From positions 310,001 through 374,000 of the forward strand of contig OZ237751.1 of the NCBI GenBank assembly GCA_965178125.1: a stretch of DNA of 64,000 nucleotides. The letters run 5' to 3'. Positions 40,601 through 52,452 of the stretch are shown here, piece after piece. Made by a program: the position numbers and the translations under genes. Origin of the DNA: Bilabrum cf. latius (Eukaryota). The stretch's first letter is position 1. Each line of letters begins with the position of its first letter. The notes beneath the pieces were generated by a model that worked only from the letters and a program-made list of their open reading frames with translations, searched no databases and was not told where the DNA came from.

Positions 40601-42696
40601 TTGCAGCCCGCCATCCGCTGGCCGGGACCTGCTCGCGGCTTTTTCAGCGTGTGTTGCGCCTGTGCCGTTCCTAGACAAAGCCAGCAGCACGGCCGAAGGC
40701 GTGAACCGAGAGCCAACAGCGTCTACAAGAGTGCGGAGTGAGCTCGCCAGCTCCTGCATCTCGGCGTTCGCACTGGAGGCCTGGCCCTTCCTCCCCGACG
40801 CTGCACCAAGCCGAGCCGCCACAGCAGCAGCGGAAGCAGCATTCTCCTCAAAAGTTGGCATTTCCTCCCTGAGAGCCTCACCTTGACTGAGCAGACCGGC
40901 TGACGTGGCAAGAGGCAGCTGAGCGGCCTTGGCTAGGGCAGTGGCAGCCTTATCTGTGCCCGCGGCCTGGGTCGTGACGTCCGCATCGAAATCTACGGAG
41001 CGGACCGGTGCCGCTCTCGTGAGCGCGTACACGTCGGTGAGTGCGGGGTATGCCCTGGCTGTCCTCAGCTGCAATCGAGGCGAGGTTTCTTGTGTTGGGG
41101 CAGCGGCACGAGCCGAAAATGAGCCCGCCATGGAGTCGTCCGGGGCGGCATGGTCGTCTCGTAGCAAACCACCGAACCCACCTTTGTCCCGTCCCTGCGG
41201 CAGCCTCTCTGTCAGTGGTGTGTGGGTGGCGCTCAGGGATTCCCGTGCACCATCCCCCCCCGCAGGATCGCCGCGGATGGAGGACATCTGCAGCTCGGGG
41301 ACTGGGCTCGTGTGAGAGGAGGCCACCACGGCAATCGAGTGCTGGTGGGGTGGCTGCGATGCCCCCGCAACAACGCCGTGCTCCTGCTTGCCCTCACCTT
41401 CGCCGTCCTTGCCGTCAGCAGTCCAGGCCACCGACACGCCCCCCCTCATTGCACCTGAGCCGGCGGTGCTCTGCCTGGGCAGAGCACCGCCACCGGCCCC
41501 GTCTCCAGCCTGTTGTGACAGCAGGCTATCGGCCAGCAAAGACCCGGAGCCTTGCGGAACCGACTTGGCGCCGCGCAACCTCCGCTGCATCAGCGGTGAT
41601 GCGGTGGCAGCACCCGGTCGCCGGAGCGGAGAGGCAGGGCCCAGGCCGCCCTCTCTCCTCGAGGCACTCAGGAGACTCTAGGCTGCAGAGCGAGGGGATC
41701 CACCGAGCTAGGACCCGTTGCTCGTCGGGCCTTGCTTCCGTCCACTGACAGAACGAGCAGCTGCACCGACTGGAGTGGTGAGAGCCGCATGCCTGCTGCT
41801 TGCAGCTTTTGCCCGGTCGACCTCCTCCCAGTCTGCGCCCAAGGCTTCCACCGCGGCTTGCACCGCCATAATTTCGGCCTCTCTGCTGCTGCCCGCCGCT
41901 CGAGCACTTGCTCCGCGCTTCGTGCTCGGTCCGACCCCGCCGGCTCCGGGATCCACCTCGCTGGCGATCCGCGTCCCAAAGACGAATTCTACTCTGGCAC
42001 CCCTGCTCTGCAGCGTTCCTACGTGAGGAAAACGGAGGTTGGCTCGCCTGCCCCGCTGGATGGCTTCGCCCAGCCGGTCAACAAGCGTGGCGATGGCCGT
42101 GGCTGCGATTTCGGGAGCCAGACCGGCTGCCCTGCCCACATCGGCGGAGGCTACGCGATACGGAGATGATTCGGGAACTCTTCCTACAGATTGAGGACAC
42201 CTCAGTCCGTAGTTTGCTTCGAACCCCTCATCGAGCTGGAACTGCGGCAGCCTGACGCCGTGGCCGAACCTTCGAGTAAAAGCTTGGCAGAATCCACGGA
42301 CTCTTACGGCCCCTCCAGTTGCTAGCTGCGTTATAGTAGTGTAAATTGGGGATAGATACTTGATTGGGTCGATATTGTGGCGCTTTACGGGCGCTCAGGG
42401 GTGAGCGATACTGAATGACCGCTTACTTTGTCTGCGACCACGCGGCCGAGCGCCTCCCAAGCTCTGCCAAGCGTGGATACTTTCAAAAGAACGTTTGGAA
42501 TCGGGGCTGCGTTCAGCACCGCTGCATGGGAGCGAGTTGATCGCGGTGATGTCCTGGCAGTGCCGGTGGGCCCCTTGCGCAGCAAGGATCTGGCTCGCTC
42601 GATTGAGTCTCCGGAATCTGGTCCCGGCGGCAAAGCGTGCTAGCGAGCATCATTGAATAAATCTTCAAGCCCGAACGTATCTTCTATCTCCTCCAT
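19646..42696 (-). CDS. Axonemal dynein heavy chain (single-headed inner-arm, DNAH3/7/12-like) with N-terminal HU-CCDC81-like domains, ~7,650 aa, complement(join(19646..42325,42427..42696))
   Basis: FPRFFFLSNDEILEIL; AAA1 GAPEGPAGTGKTES and CFDEFNRI; AAA2 GAASSGKTT and WMENLNSVLDDSKILCL; AAA3 GPTGTGKT and HYTFNLRD; AAA4 GLPGSGRAS; stalk/MTBD; AAA5 RWPLLVDP; AAA6 WVVLENCHL; C-terminal YLCPVY...WVRRGLALL. All fragments 19646-42139 share one frame broken only by TAG (about 50). Phase-0 101-nt intron 42426-42326 (gtaagc...ctataacgcag). Ends at TGA. Confidence 0.95.
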
Positions 42697-42867
42697 GTCT
42701 AGGCCTGAGGCCCGATCGAAGAGAAATGGCCGTTGCTTGCGATCCGGCAGGCGGTTGCAACCAATTTTACAGTGGTCGCAACTTGAATGATGAAGACAAA
42801 ATGTAGTTGCCGTTTTGCACGCTTTCGAATCATGGCACTTGTAGAGAGGCTCTAGCACTAGATTAAC
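42697..42867. promoter_or_regulatory. Short divergent intergenic region, putative bidirectional promoter
   Basis: 171 bp, AT-richer than its flanks, between the dynein ATG (42696, minus) and the ATG at 42868 (plus). Confidence 0.4.
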
Positions 42868-43875
42868 ATGATCTCATTGGTTTTGGGAGTATTTGCAATA
42901 TGTCCCAGTGTGTATGCAGCGAAGTCCTCAAAATCTCTCAAATTGGCGCTGGATGCTGCGATTGTACGGGTGATTGAATCTGGTTCGTACTTGGCTTTGG
43001 AGTCACAGTGGGGTATCGACACCGTGGCCTCTTTTTCCTGTACGCCTGAACCGGATTGGTACACGTTTCCAAGTGCCGGTGAAGCCGATGGGGTCCTGAA
43101 GGACGTGCTGGCTAGCCGCACCTTAAAGCTTGCCACTCTGGGACCGTACGACTGGGGGCCGGATGGAGACTACACGCAGTCACCACCCGTTGGGTTCTGG
43201 CCTGGATATGAGCTCGCAATCCTAGAGCAGCTGAAGCTGGCATATGGCGACGATTTGTCCCTGGAGCGGGTGTATTTCTCCGACAGCCAGCCTCTTCTGG
43301 ACTCGCTGCAGGCGGGGCACACGCACGCGAGCGGACCCTACTACGTGCTTGGAGGAGCAACCAATTCCACCTACAGGCAAGCCGTACTGCGCACATCCTG
43401 CACCACGCTGGGATACGACAGCACCATGTTCACCCGCAACACGAGCGGGATCGATTCGCTGCAGGCGCTGCAGGCCGCACTGCGGGACACCCCCTTGCGT
43501 CCGCTGGGCGCTCTCAGCGTGGGCGACGCGCACGCCATGCGGCCCGTGCTTCCTTCTGGCACATCGTTTGAAACCTTCCAGGACGAGGATGACTTGGTGG
43601 CGGCTGTGGCTAGCGGGGAAGTTCTCGCCGGTGTGCTCTCTGGGGATCCGTCGTCCCCTGCCGGGCTCTTCACGTTTAGCTCCACCGTGGTGTCTCCGCG
43701 AGTGATGTTTCTAAAGGGGGAAGAGGATGAAGGGGAGCTGCCTGACTGCAAGGGGGGCGCCTCAGCCGCACCTCGGGCTGCGGAACTGCCCCCACGGTTG
43801 CTCGCTGCAGCGGTTGTGCCTTCCGTGGTGCTTGCAGTCGCAGCAGCGACGCGCTCCGTGGCTGGACTGCTGTGA
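42868..43875 (+). CDS. Secreted or surface protein resembling type-2 periplasmic amino-acid-binding proteins (SBP family 3-like), 335 aa
   Basis: N-terminal hydrophobic signal (MISLVLGVFAICPSVYA). GVLKDVLASRTLKLA...GFWPGYELAILEQL...LLDSLQAG resembles the SBP_bac_3 N-lobe. Hydrophobic C-terminal tail (GPI or TM signal). No TAG; ends at TGA. Confidence 0.6.
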   Translation: MISLVLGVFAICPSVYAAKSSKSLKLALDAAIVRVIESGSYLALESQWGIDTVASFSCTPEPDWYTFPSAGEADGVLKDVLASRTLKLATLGPYDWGPDGDYTQSPPVGFWPGYELAILEQLKLAYGDDLSLERVYFSDSQPLLDSLQAGHTHASGPYYVLGGATNSTYRQAVLRTSCTTLGYDSTMFTRNTSGIDSLQALQAALRDTPLRPLGALSVGDAHAMRPVLPSGTSFETFQDEDDLVAAVASGEVLAGVLSGDPSSPAGLFTFSSTVVSPRVMFLKGEEDEGELPDCKGGASAAPRAAELPPRLLAAAVVPSVVLAVAAATRSVAGLL

Positions 43876-44044
43876 GAGAACCGGCAGCGCTTACCTTTCT
43901 AAGGGAAAGCACACGCGTGCACAGAGTGCTCTGGGCCAGGCACTGGGACTACAATGGTTATTATTTTGCTCGTTTGCTTAGTTGCTTGCAAGCTGTACAG
44001 CGATTCTTGCGATTCTCGTTCACACAGAGCAGCACCCAGTTTGA

Positions 44045-46600
44045 TCACTGCCGCCCACTACCGCCTTCGCTGAGACCATCTCCACCGCCGGCCGCCTTTA
44101 ACTTTTCTGCCAGCCGTGCCTCCGCCTGCCTCTTGCGACGGGCCAGCTCCAGCGGGCTGGCAAGCCCAGGCACCCTGGGTGCACCAGACTCAGGCTCCGG
44201 CATCGAGCTAGTGGGCGCACGGCTCCCATTGTCAGCATCGAGGCCGGCAGCGGGAGCCTTGCCCGCAGCTTCTTGCGCAGCGCCCTCGCCCTCGTCCTCC
44301 TCCTCGCTGTCACTGACATCAACCTCCGCCACGTGGAACACCTTGCCCACATTGGTGCCGTAGTGCCTATCAGGGTGCACGAAGGGCGAGGTGGCCATGG
44401 ACCGAGCGGCCTGGGACTCGCTGAGCTCTTTGGCCACCTCTCCCGTCTGTCTCGCCGACTCGGACATGGCCTCCATGCCCTGTTCCCTGTCCACGTCCTG
44501 CTTGCTGCGGCGACGTGCCAGCCGCTGCATGAGCTTCTCCTGCTCCTCCGCGTCAGGGAACACCGGCACGCCCTCCTCCCGGGGAGCGGCACTCTGCGCA
44601 TCCCACTCCGCCTCCGTCTCGTCGCCGTCCCCACCGCCCTCTACGAAAATAGGCTTGCCTTCGAGATCGTAGCCGCTGCCGCGACCCGCCTCCATGGCAG
44701 CTGCAGCGGCCTGCTGCCTGTACTGCGCCGCCTCCACGTCGTCCAGATCGCATTTCCGCTCGCACGCGCACTCGAAGTTGAACGAGTCTCGCAGCAGGTT
44801 GTACCTCGCGTCTGCCGGCCTGTTCGCGTCGATGTACGTGATCATGAGCTCGTCTCCCTTCTTCACCGGCCGGCGCGCCACCAGCCGCGTGTAGACCGCG
44901 CTCCGAGTGAACACGTCGAACTCTTCCTCCCACACGCTCTCGCCGGCGCGGACGGGGCGCTAGTCTGGCGAGTTCAGCATCACCGCCCGCTTGGGTGCGG
45001 CGCTGTCTGCGGACTGCGAGGGCACGCGCACGACCGTGCGAAAGTCCACGTTTGGGTGGCAGCTGTGGTTCATCAGCGACACCACTGGGCCGAAGAGGGC
45101 AGAAGCACGGTCCGTTGGGGCTGAGTACTGCAGCCCGCCGTCCTTCAGCTGCTGCGCCTGCGACGACTGTGCCTGTGCGTGCTCCGCCAGCTGCTGCAGG
45201 ATGGACGCTCGTCCATCTCCGTCGTGAGGAGGCCCAGCCGACTGCGGCTGCCCCGCTGCCCGCACGGAGCTGCTACCCGGCCCCTCTGCGGAGTCTGCAG
45301 CCCCCCTGCCGCGGTCCGAACCATCCTTTTCATTCGTCACACCAGAAGCAGGAGCACCGCTCCCCGGAGCCTTGCCTCCCAGGTTCTCCACGACGCCCCC
45401 ATCGATGGTGCCCTCCCCGGCGGGCGAGTCCTGCCCCTGACCCAAGCCCTGTGCTTCTGCCTTTCCCACGTCTGGCGTCAGCAGGGACCCCGCCCATCCT
45501 GCCGGGTCAAGGGCTGGAGTGCTGAGCCCAGAGGGTGTCACGTGCCTGGGAACCCCGTCCGCACCCACTGCCGCGGTTGGCGCCGTTGCCCTGTCCCGTG
45601 GACCGCCGTCACTCGTCACACTTCCGTCCGCGGAGTCCTCCCCATCAACCACCTTCGATTCATCGTCCCCACCTTGTTCCCCGGGCGGCACGGCCAGCCC
45701 CGTGAGGTCCCCTGGCTGCTCGAAGTGCCCCTCCAGCTGCTCTGTGGGGGACCTCGCCTCGCACCACAGGTCCTCAAGAGGAAGCCCGAACCCGTTGACC
45801 CGGATAACACCGCGCACCGTGACGTAGTTCTTGAAGGGAAAGTACGAGCGAAGGATGGTATCAGCAGCGTCTGGGCTCCTGAGCAGGTTCTTCATCACGT
45901 TTCGAAGCGTCTCGTAGTCCCCCCTGAACATGCCCTCCCCGGCCTCCCCCCACGCCTCGTGCGCCACTGACGTCAGGAGCCCGAAACCCTCCATGGACTT
46001 CTTGAAGAAGTCATTGTTCAGGTTCAGACGAGCGGCGATCACCTCGTCCTCCTCGTCCTCGTCGATCAGGTCCGGCCGCACGACGGGTGGTTTGGTCCAC
46101 CGCACCTGGGGGTGGCCCAGGAACCCGAGCGACCGGAGGAAGAGAATCGCGGCCACGACCGGCTGGCGGGAGCCAGTGCCGCCGCACCCCATGAAATCAA
46201 GGAATGGCTCAAATGAGAGAGCGAATGCCTTCCTGACCTTGGCTGGGTCGAGGTGCCTGGTGATGGGACCGGGCGTCAAAGGGTCCACGTAGGCCTCGTA
46301 GCCGTCCCCACCCTCGCCAGGCAAGTGAAGCTTGACGCGCGCGCACCAAGAGTCCTCCCTCGCCTGTGCTAGTGGCGGAACAAATCCCCAGACTGGCGCG
46401 GTCGCAATCACTTCTCCCACATCGTAGTCTTTCTCAGCCATGAGGCACTTGCCTTTCAGGTCGTGCGTCGACGAACCGAGTCCCTCAGGCAGTTCGCGAG
46501 GCCCAGCCACGCGAAGGGGCTAGTTTCCCATCGTCTTGAACTTTTGCATGCGCTGCTTGCGCTTGCGCTCTTCTGTTCTCCGGCGAGACCGCGTGCTCAT
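44045..46600 (-). CDS. SET-domain lysine methyltransferase, SMYD-like split SET, ~851 aa
   Basis: KGKCLMAEKDYDVGEVI (SET-N), LFGPVVSLMNHSCHPN, LVARRPVKKGDELMITYID and post-SET FNFECACERKC. The two SET-C halves are joined only by reading through TAG 44960-44962. A second TAG lies at 46520. ATG 46600, TGA stop. Confidence 0.88.
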
Positions 46601-46894
46601 GTACCTCAGACAAGCTCCAGTTGCCTCGAAGCGGTCCCCACGCCACGCAGCTAGCGAGCTCTAAAAAGCAGCAAGGAGACCGTTGAATTTATGCCTTCGA
46701 GCAGTCCTTACCATCAAAGACATCCTCCGCGGGCGTATCAATGGCATAATCGCGCCCAGTTGCAATCCCATTTGTACCGTGCATTTTGTCACAAAAAAAA
46801 TCTTGGTTGACGGCCCCGCCTGAGAAGCAGTGGTCTAGCAGATAATTTCTGGAGAAACGGCGCACGCTTCCGTTCGAATTGTATACTTCTCGAT

Positions 46895-47452
46895 ATGAGC
46901 GCTGCGGCGTTGCCTTCCAGAGGAGTAAAACGCCCGCGAACAGATCAGAAAGGGGACGAAGACGCAGATCTTGCAGTTGCATCCGTGAGAGGCGACAATG
47001 GCCAGGTCTGGCAGCGACAGACGCATAGGATCGTTGATTATTGCTTGAATTCGTAGCGTTGGTCTGCAAACGCCTCGATTTGTTCGCCCGCGGCGAATTC
47101 ACCGTACTACTTCCAGCATGACGTTCTTGCGCAGCTCTCGGACGAGCAGAGATCCGCTGTGGCAGTGGTCCTGGTGCGAGCACTGGGGGACAAAGCTTTC
47201 GAGGGCGCCGATGCACTTCGAGATGAGCTCCTTGTTCATATATGCCGAGCCCATCCTAAGGCGTGGGCAGCAATGCAGTCCGACATGTTCGAGGAGAGCG
47301 CGAGTGATGCCGATAGCGAGCCGGGTGACTCATCCGACAAGGAGGCGGGTGAGGAGGCTGAACGGGGCGATAGCGGCGGTGGCGCGGTAGGTGTGGATGA
47401 CGAGGGCGACGATGAGGACGAGGAGGAAGACGACGACGACGACGGTTTATAA
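46895..47452 (+). CDS. Hypothetical ~185-aa protein with an N-terminal NLS-like GVKRPR and an acidic C-terminal tail
   Basis: ATG 46895 is in frame with ORF 47159-47452 through one TAG (47054-47056). Ends at TAA. Confidence 0.55.
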
Positions 47453-47745
47453 CATGCCGTGCCAGCGGAGGGACCCGTGGCGATTCGCTTGCCGCATAAT
47501 GGGTCTGCCATAAACCAGAACTGAGACACGTTCTGGCGGCCGTGTGGGTGATCTGATATAAATATTTTTGTAAGGTTATGATGACCATCTGATTTTTGCA
47601 AGCGCGGCCTTGTTCGGTGTAATGGACCGCGAAATCTGTTCATGACATGGCCATCTACGATATGTAAGCTTTCTTGCTTGAAGGCCGAGCCAGCTCCGCC
47701 GCAATCGGGCTGGGCCATGTGCACACTAGGCTTGACCGCTACTGA

Positions 47746-48327
47746 TCACCACAGGCCGAAGGAGCTTCTCGAAGAGCCGGCATCTCCAGACTTTGCCGCT
47801 GCCCAGCCTGTTCCAGTCATAGGAGAACCAAGGCCCCCACCGGCCCCAGTGATGTCGGCTGACGGCCAGCCAGAGAAAGGTGCGAGAGCTTCCTCGCACG
47901 TCGACACCAGCCTGGCCCGCTCGGAAGACACATCAGTTCTGGACAACACATCCTGCATGCCATTCCTCATGCACATGAGTAACTTAGACTGATCGTCCTG
48001 TGTGGGCTGCGACCCTGGGGCTATGGATTGCTACAGATCCCTGACGCATCTCTGCTGCACCTACTGCACCTCGACCTGGAGCCCCCCAGAGCTCGAAGAT
48101 TTCCCAACCGCCTCCACCACCGCTACCATGGGTTCCGCTGCCTTCTTTTGACAGGATTCAAGCTGCTGCATGTCGTCGGCATGCTTTGCGATGCAGTCTG
48201 CTTGGTAGAGCATCGACGAGCGCTGCAAAGGCATGATGATAGCCCGCTGGAGCGGCTTGGCAATATCCTCAGTCATCTTCTGAAACTTCTGGCTAAGCTC
48301 TTGGATCTGTCTCTGCGCGTCCTCCAT
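47746..48327 (-). CDS. FAM136A/DUF842-like small helical Cys-containing protein, ~193 aa
   Basis: MEDAQRQIQELSQKFQ...IMPLQRSSMLYQADC...MQQLESCQKKAAEPM...RCVRD...LLMCMRN resembles the FAM136A pattern from memory. ORFs 48061 and 47746 share a frame, joined through TAG at 48061 and 48031. Ends at TGA. Confidence 0.5.
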
Positions 48328-48472
48328 CTTGACGATTTTGCTGGTGAATCGATGACTGTTCGCCGTGGCTCGCGCTCTGGATACCCGGAACAACTCCAAA
48401 AACAACACGCAAAACCATCGCGCGGCCCGGCTCGGGGGGGTCCAACTCCAAAAATAAAGCACGAGATTGAAT

Positions 48473-51400
48473 TCAACAAGGGTCCAGCGACACCTCCGTG
48501 TCGGAGTAGCACCGAATCGTAAACCGCCCCTCCCACGGGTCGAACGTGGAAGCGACCAGCACGTACGAGCCCGGCCCCAGCCTCACCGGCTTGCTCACAA
48601 CCCCGTGAGGAGTCGCGATGTACACCCCATCGCTGGACGTGGACTCCGCCGACCGAATCACGAGCGTGCCTCTCGGCAGGTCCACGGACCCCGCCGCCCT
48701 ACCCCCGGGTCCAGCCTGGGACGGGGCGAGCATCTGCTCGGGGGCCTTGTACACGGACACGTTGATGGCTGGCCAGATCGACGAGGAGCCCGCCCCTGTG
48801 CTGCTCCTGCTCGAAGCCATCGAGGAGCTTCCCTTGTCTGGCCTCGTCAGCAGCTTGGCCCACACCAGGGCACCACCCTGGGGAACAGATGGGGGAACAG
48901 TGAGCAGGAACCGGGGGTTCCTCTCATACTTGCCGTGGTTGGCGCATCCCGCCGCGGTACCGTCAGACATTCTCCAGATGCCCGGCTTGATTATCTTCGT
49001 CTTCATTCCTGTGCCCTCCGGTGGCAGGGCCGCGAGTGCCAGCTCGCCCGCGCTCGCCGATGCAGCCGCCTGCAGGTCCATGGGGCACACTTGCCCCGGC
49101 TTGAACGTCGACGCAAGCACCGTGTAGGCCCCCGGCAAGAGTCCCCTCACGAGAGCGTACGTGAAGCACGGACGGTACGGACCGCTGTCGCAAACCCTTT
49201 CCGCATCCGTCAGCTGGTGGCCAGACATGACCCGCCTGCCCCCGTTGGCTAGCAGCCGCACCTGCGCCGAGACGTCCTTGGAGTAGGTCAGCCGCAGCAT
49301 CAGGTCGCACTTCCCTCGCACGCGCAGAGCGAATTGGGGATTGTCCAAAAACCCCGCGTAGGTTGAGTTACCGCCGGCCGTGGTCACGGTCCACTCACTT
49401 CGCAAAGAACGGAACAACGGGAAGCTGTCGAGCACGGGGTCCAGGGACACTGGGTTGGAGCAGAACGCCATGAGGCTATAGGCCACGTCCCTCATTCGCC
49501 TGTACTGGGAGACAACAAGGGTGAAGAGATGGTCACCGGGGGGCACCTGCATCTTGGTGAGCACGTATGGCGAGTCGTAGTACGTCCCCCGGATCAAAGA
49601 GTGCGTGCTTAGAAACACGCGCTCCCCGGCGCGAACCCCGCCCCCGTCACCTCCGAAATCAGCGTCACCGTCTGCCGACTCCTCCACCACGGAGGCTCCT
49701 TGCTTGCCGTGCGCCGCTCCGAATGCCTTGAGCGTGGAGTGCCCCCGGCCTCCAGAGGATCTCTCCACGCTCCGGCTCTCGATGGACGACGGCTTGCCGT
49801 ACACGTGCAGCGCCATGCAGTCCTTCTCCCCGGGGTCAGGCGCTGCAGCTCGACCCCCGGCCGTCGGGTCCGCCGCCCCCGAGCCTGTGGCAGGCCTACT
49901 GCCTCTATGCCCGGCACCGCCGCCGCCCAAACCATCATCCTCATCTTCCTCCTCATCGTCCACCTCCATCGTGGTCACGTGCCTGATCATGAGCAGCCAC
50001 AGGATTGCAGAGGAAGCCTTGCCGCTCGATCCACCCGCGATGGCCCCAGGCACGCGGACACCCAGCCGAAACTGCGGGTTCTGGCCCACCTGATACTGGT
50101 CGATCCGCGGTCCGGGAGCAGCGATGGGCCATGCCCCATGCCTCACCGCTCGATGGCCGAGTAGTGAGGGGTTCCAAGACAGGTAGATGGAGGGGAAATG
50201 CTGCAGCATGCTTTCCCAGTCGATCCAGAAGATTCCATTGTCGAACTGCATGGCCTGCAGCTGGTCGTAGTGCAGCGCCGCCTTGAGGGCAGGGGTCCAG
50301 TGCGACCTGTCACCGTCAGAGTATTTACCCTTCCACCGTTTCCTGCCCCATGGGTTCTTCATCTTGACCATGCGGTAGGTTCTCCCGTCTGCCTTTACCT
50401 CCCTCGTCTCTAGCACGGCATAGGCGTGTGTCTCCACCAGGCCCCAGCGCTCCTCCTCTTCCTTCGACAGCTTGGGCGTGGAGGCCGTGCACAGGCAATC
50501 GCCCACCTCCATGCCGCCAGAGATGCGCTGCCACTGTCTGTCCGGGTTGAAGTCAGATTCAGTGGCGCGAAGAAACTCCGGGATCCACCCGGTGAGCGCA
50601 TAGAGGTCCTTGCAGGAGTTGCTTCCCGGGAAGGCGTAGGACCCGCACAGCTTAAGGAAGGCCTTCTCGATGATGCTCACCCAAAGCTCGCTCAAGTTGT
50701 TGGAACGGGCGCACAGCAGCTTACCGCTCTTGCCCATGGGCAGGCGGTCATCCACAGTGATCCTGCGCGGCACCCCATTGACGTGCAGCCTGACCACGTA
50801 CTTGCCGCTGGGGTTGAACAGCGGGTTGCCGCCACGGTCCTGAGGGTATACTATGCTGGTGACCAGCTTTCGCTCGAACCTGCGCTCGTACTGGGCAGCG
50901 ACGCACAACGAAGAGACGAAGCTGCAGTCACCGACGAGGTCCTGTTGGATGGTGAACGGCGACACCTGCTCGATCATCTTGGGCGTGCCTCGCAGGAAGG
51001 CAGTCGGGCGCTCCCAGCCCCTCAGGCTCGACCTCTGCTTGGAGCTCAGGTCAAGCAGGCCGTCGGGGTCCTCAAAGGGCCCCTAGAAGGAAAATTGTTC
51101 CCTGCGGACGGAGTCCTCGTCCCAAAGCGGGTAGCTCTTCCCGTTGATGGTGGCGATTCGCACGAGCGCGAGCTCACCGGGGGATAACCCCGCGGTCGCC
51201 TGTCCCCCTAGCGGGGTCAGCCCCCCGTTCCCCGGACTCGCGCCACCCGCCGCCACACCGCCCGCAGGGGCATGACCGCTGCAGCCCCCCTTTGACTCTT
51301 CCGCATCGCCCGCATGCAGCCCGAAGGGGGTCGTCAGCACCAGCTGGCCCCCGTCCCAGCCCCCGCCCGCCCCCTTCCTGCCAGTCGCTGCACCCGCCCT

Positions 51401-52020
51401 AGGCCCCGCTTGTGCCCCCGCTCCCGCTCCAGGCATCGCACCTGCACCCGACCCGCCCGCCCCGATGGAGGCCGCTGAGGGCTTGTACGTCTATCCCGGG
51501 GCCAGGGGCATCCTCCGGAGCATGGCGTCGGTGAGCTCCTCGCCGGCCCCGTGGGTGGCCGACCAGGCCTCCAGCTCGCGGACCCTGGCGGAGCACTGCT
51601 CGTACCTCCGCTGGCACTTTTTCAGGGCAGGGCTGTCCCTCTGACCAATGGAGAAAAATGCGTCAATGGCGGCGCGGTAGTGCTCGAGCGCCTGCTTGTA
51701 CACTGGCAGGGCGGACGACTTGCGGCCGAGCTCGTCCTCGCACATGGCCATCTCCAAAGAGAAGTCGCCCGACATTGCCTCCCGGTCGTGTGTGCCTAAC
51801 TATATAGCGCGCTCCTTGCTGTCGCGAATGTGATCTACGATTACTTTCAGTCGGGATAGGTACTCGTCCGCTCGTTTCTGCATGGCTGCCGAGCGATGCG
51901 GGTCCCTATCCCTCCGAATGGCGCACAGCAAGCTATCGATCCCATCTACATATAGTGCCTTTGCGGTTATGTATGCTTGGGCGGTGTCTGCAGCGATGGC
52001 CTGCGAAGATCTGGCATGCG
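48473..52020 (-). CDS. CAPN7: Calpain-7/PalB-like cysteine protease (MIT domains, CysPc, two domain-III repeats); 5' end and first exon unresolved
   Basis: MIT-like AIAADTAQAY...LYVDGIDSLL...KRADEYLSR. Catalytic QDLVGDCSF (Cys), THAYAV (His) and KNPWG (Asn). NPQF and NPRF domain-III motifs. One frame with TAG at ~51800, 51491 and 51083. Ends at TGA. No in-frame ATG upstream of the MIT domain, so a 5' intron is implied. Confidence 0.88.
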
Positions 52021-52452
52021 CTGGTGGAACGAAGCAGCCGGTATGGTCATCTCCGATTCTTACCCCCAGACGGGACCAGAGGTGGATATCCAGGCCGTTA
52101 TACTCCGCCTTGTAAGCTTAAAACAACTCATGAAGAACAAGAAAAACCAAAAAGTGCTGTAGCAAGTGTTGTGGCTTGGTACGCATTGGGACACGAACCA
52201 TCCATGTCGCAAGCCTCAGTCGATCCTGCTACGCGAGTGCAATAACAGGTCCACAGCATCTCACACGCTAAATAAGTCGCTTGCAGTGGTCGTATATCCC
52301 AGCCATTTCGGCTGGACCGTGTGCTTGCCGGCTCCGAAACCGTCGCGTTTCTGCGATCCGGAGCAATCCAGTTCCGCATTCTCCGATGCGCGGCGCCAAG
52401 CACCAACGGACGGCAACCAGTTTGACTCCACACAAGGCCAGAACGCCTCACT

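Noticed and set aside
19646-42325. C-to-T hypermutation (RIP-like) or systematic sequencing error creating TAG
   Set aside because: Such processes would also turn CAA into TAA and CGA into TGA, which are absent in frame. TAG occurs after all four bases. Only read-level checks can exclude this formally.
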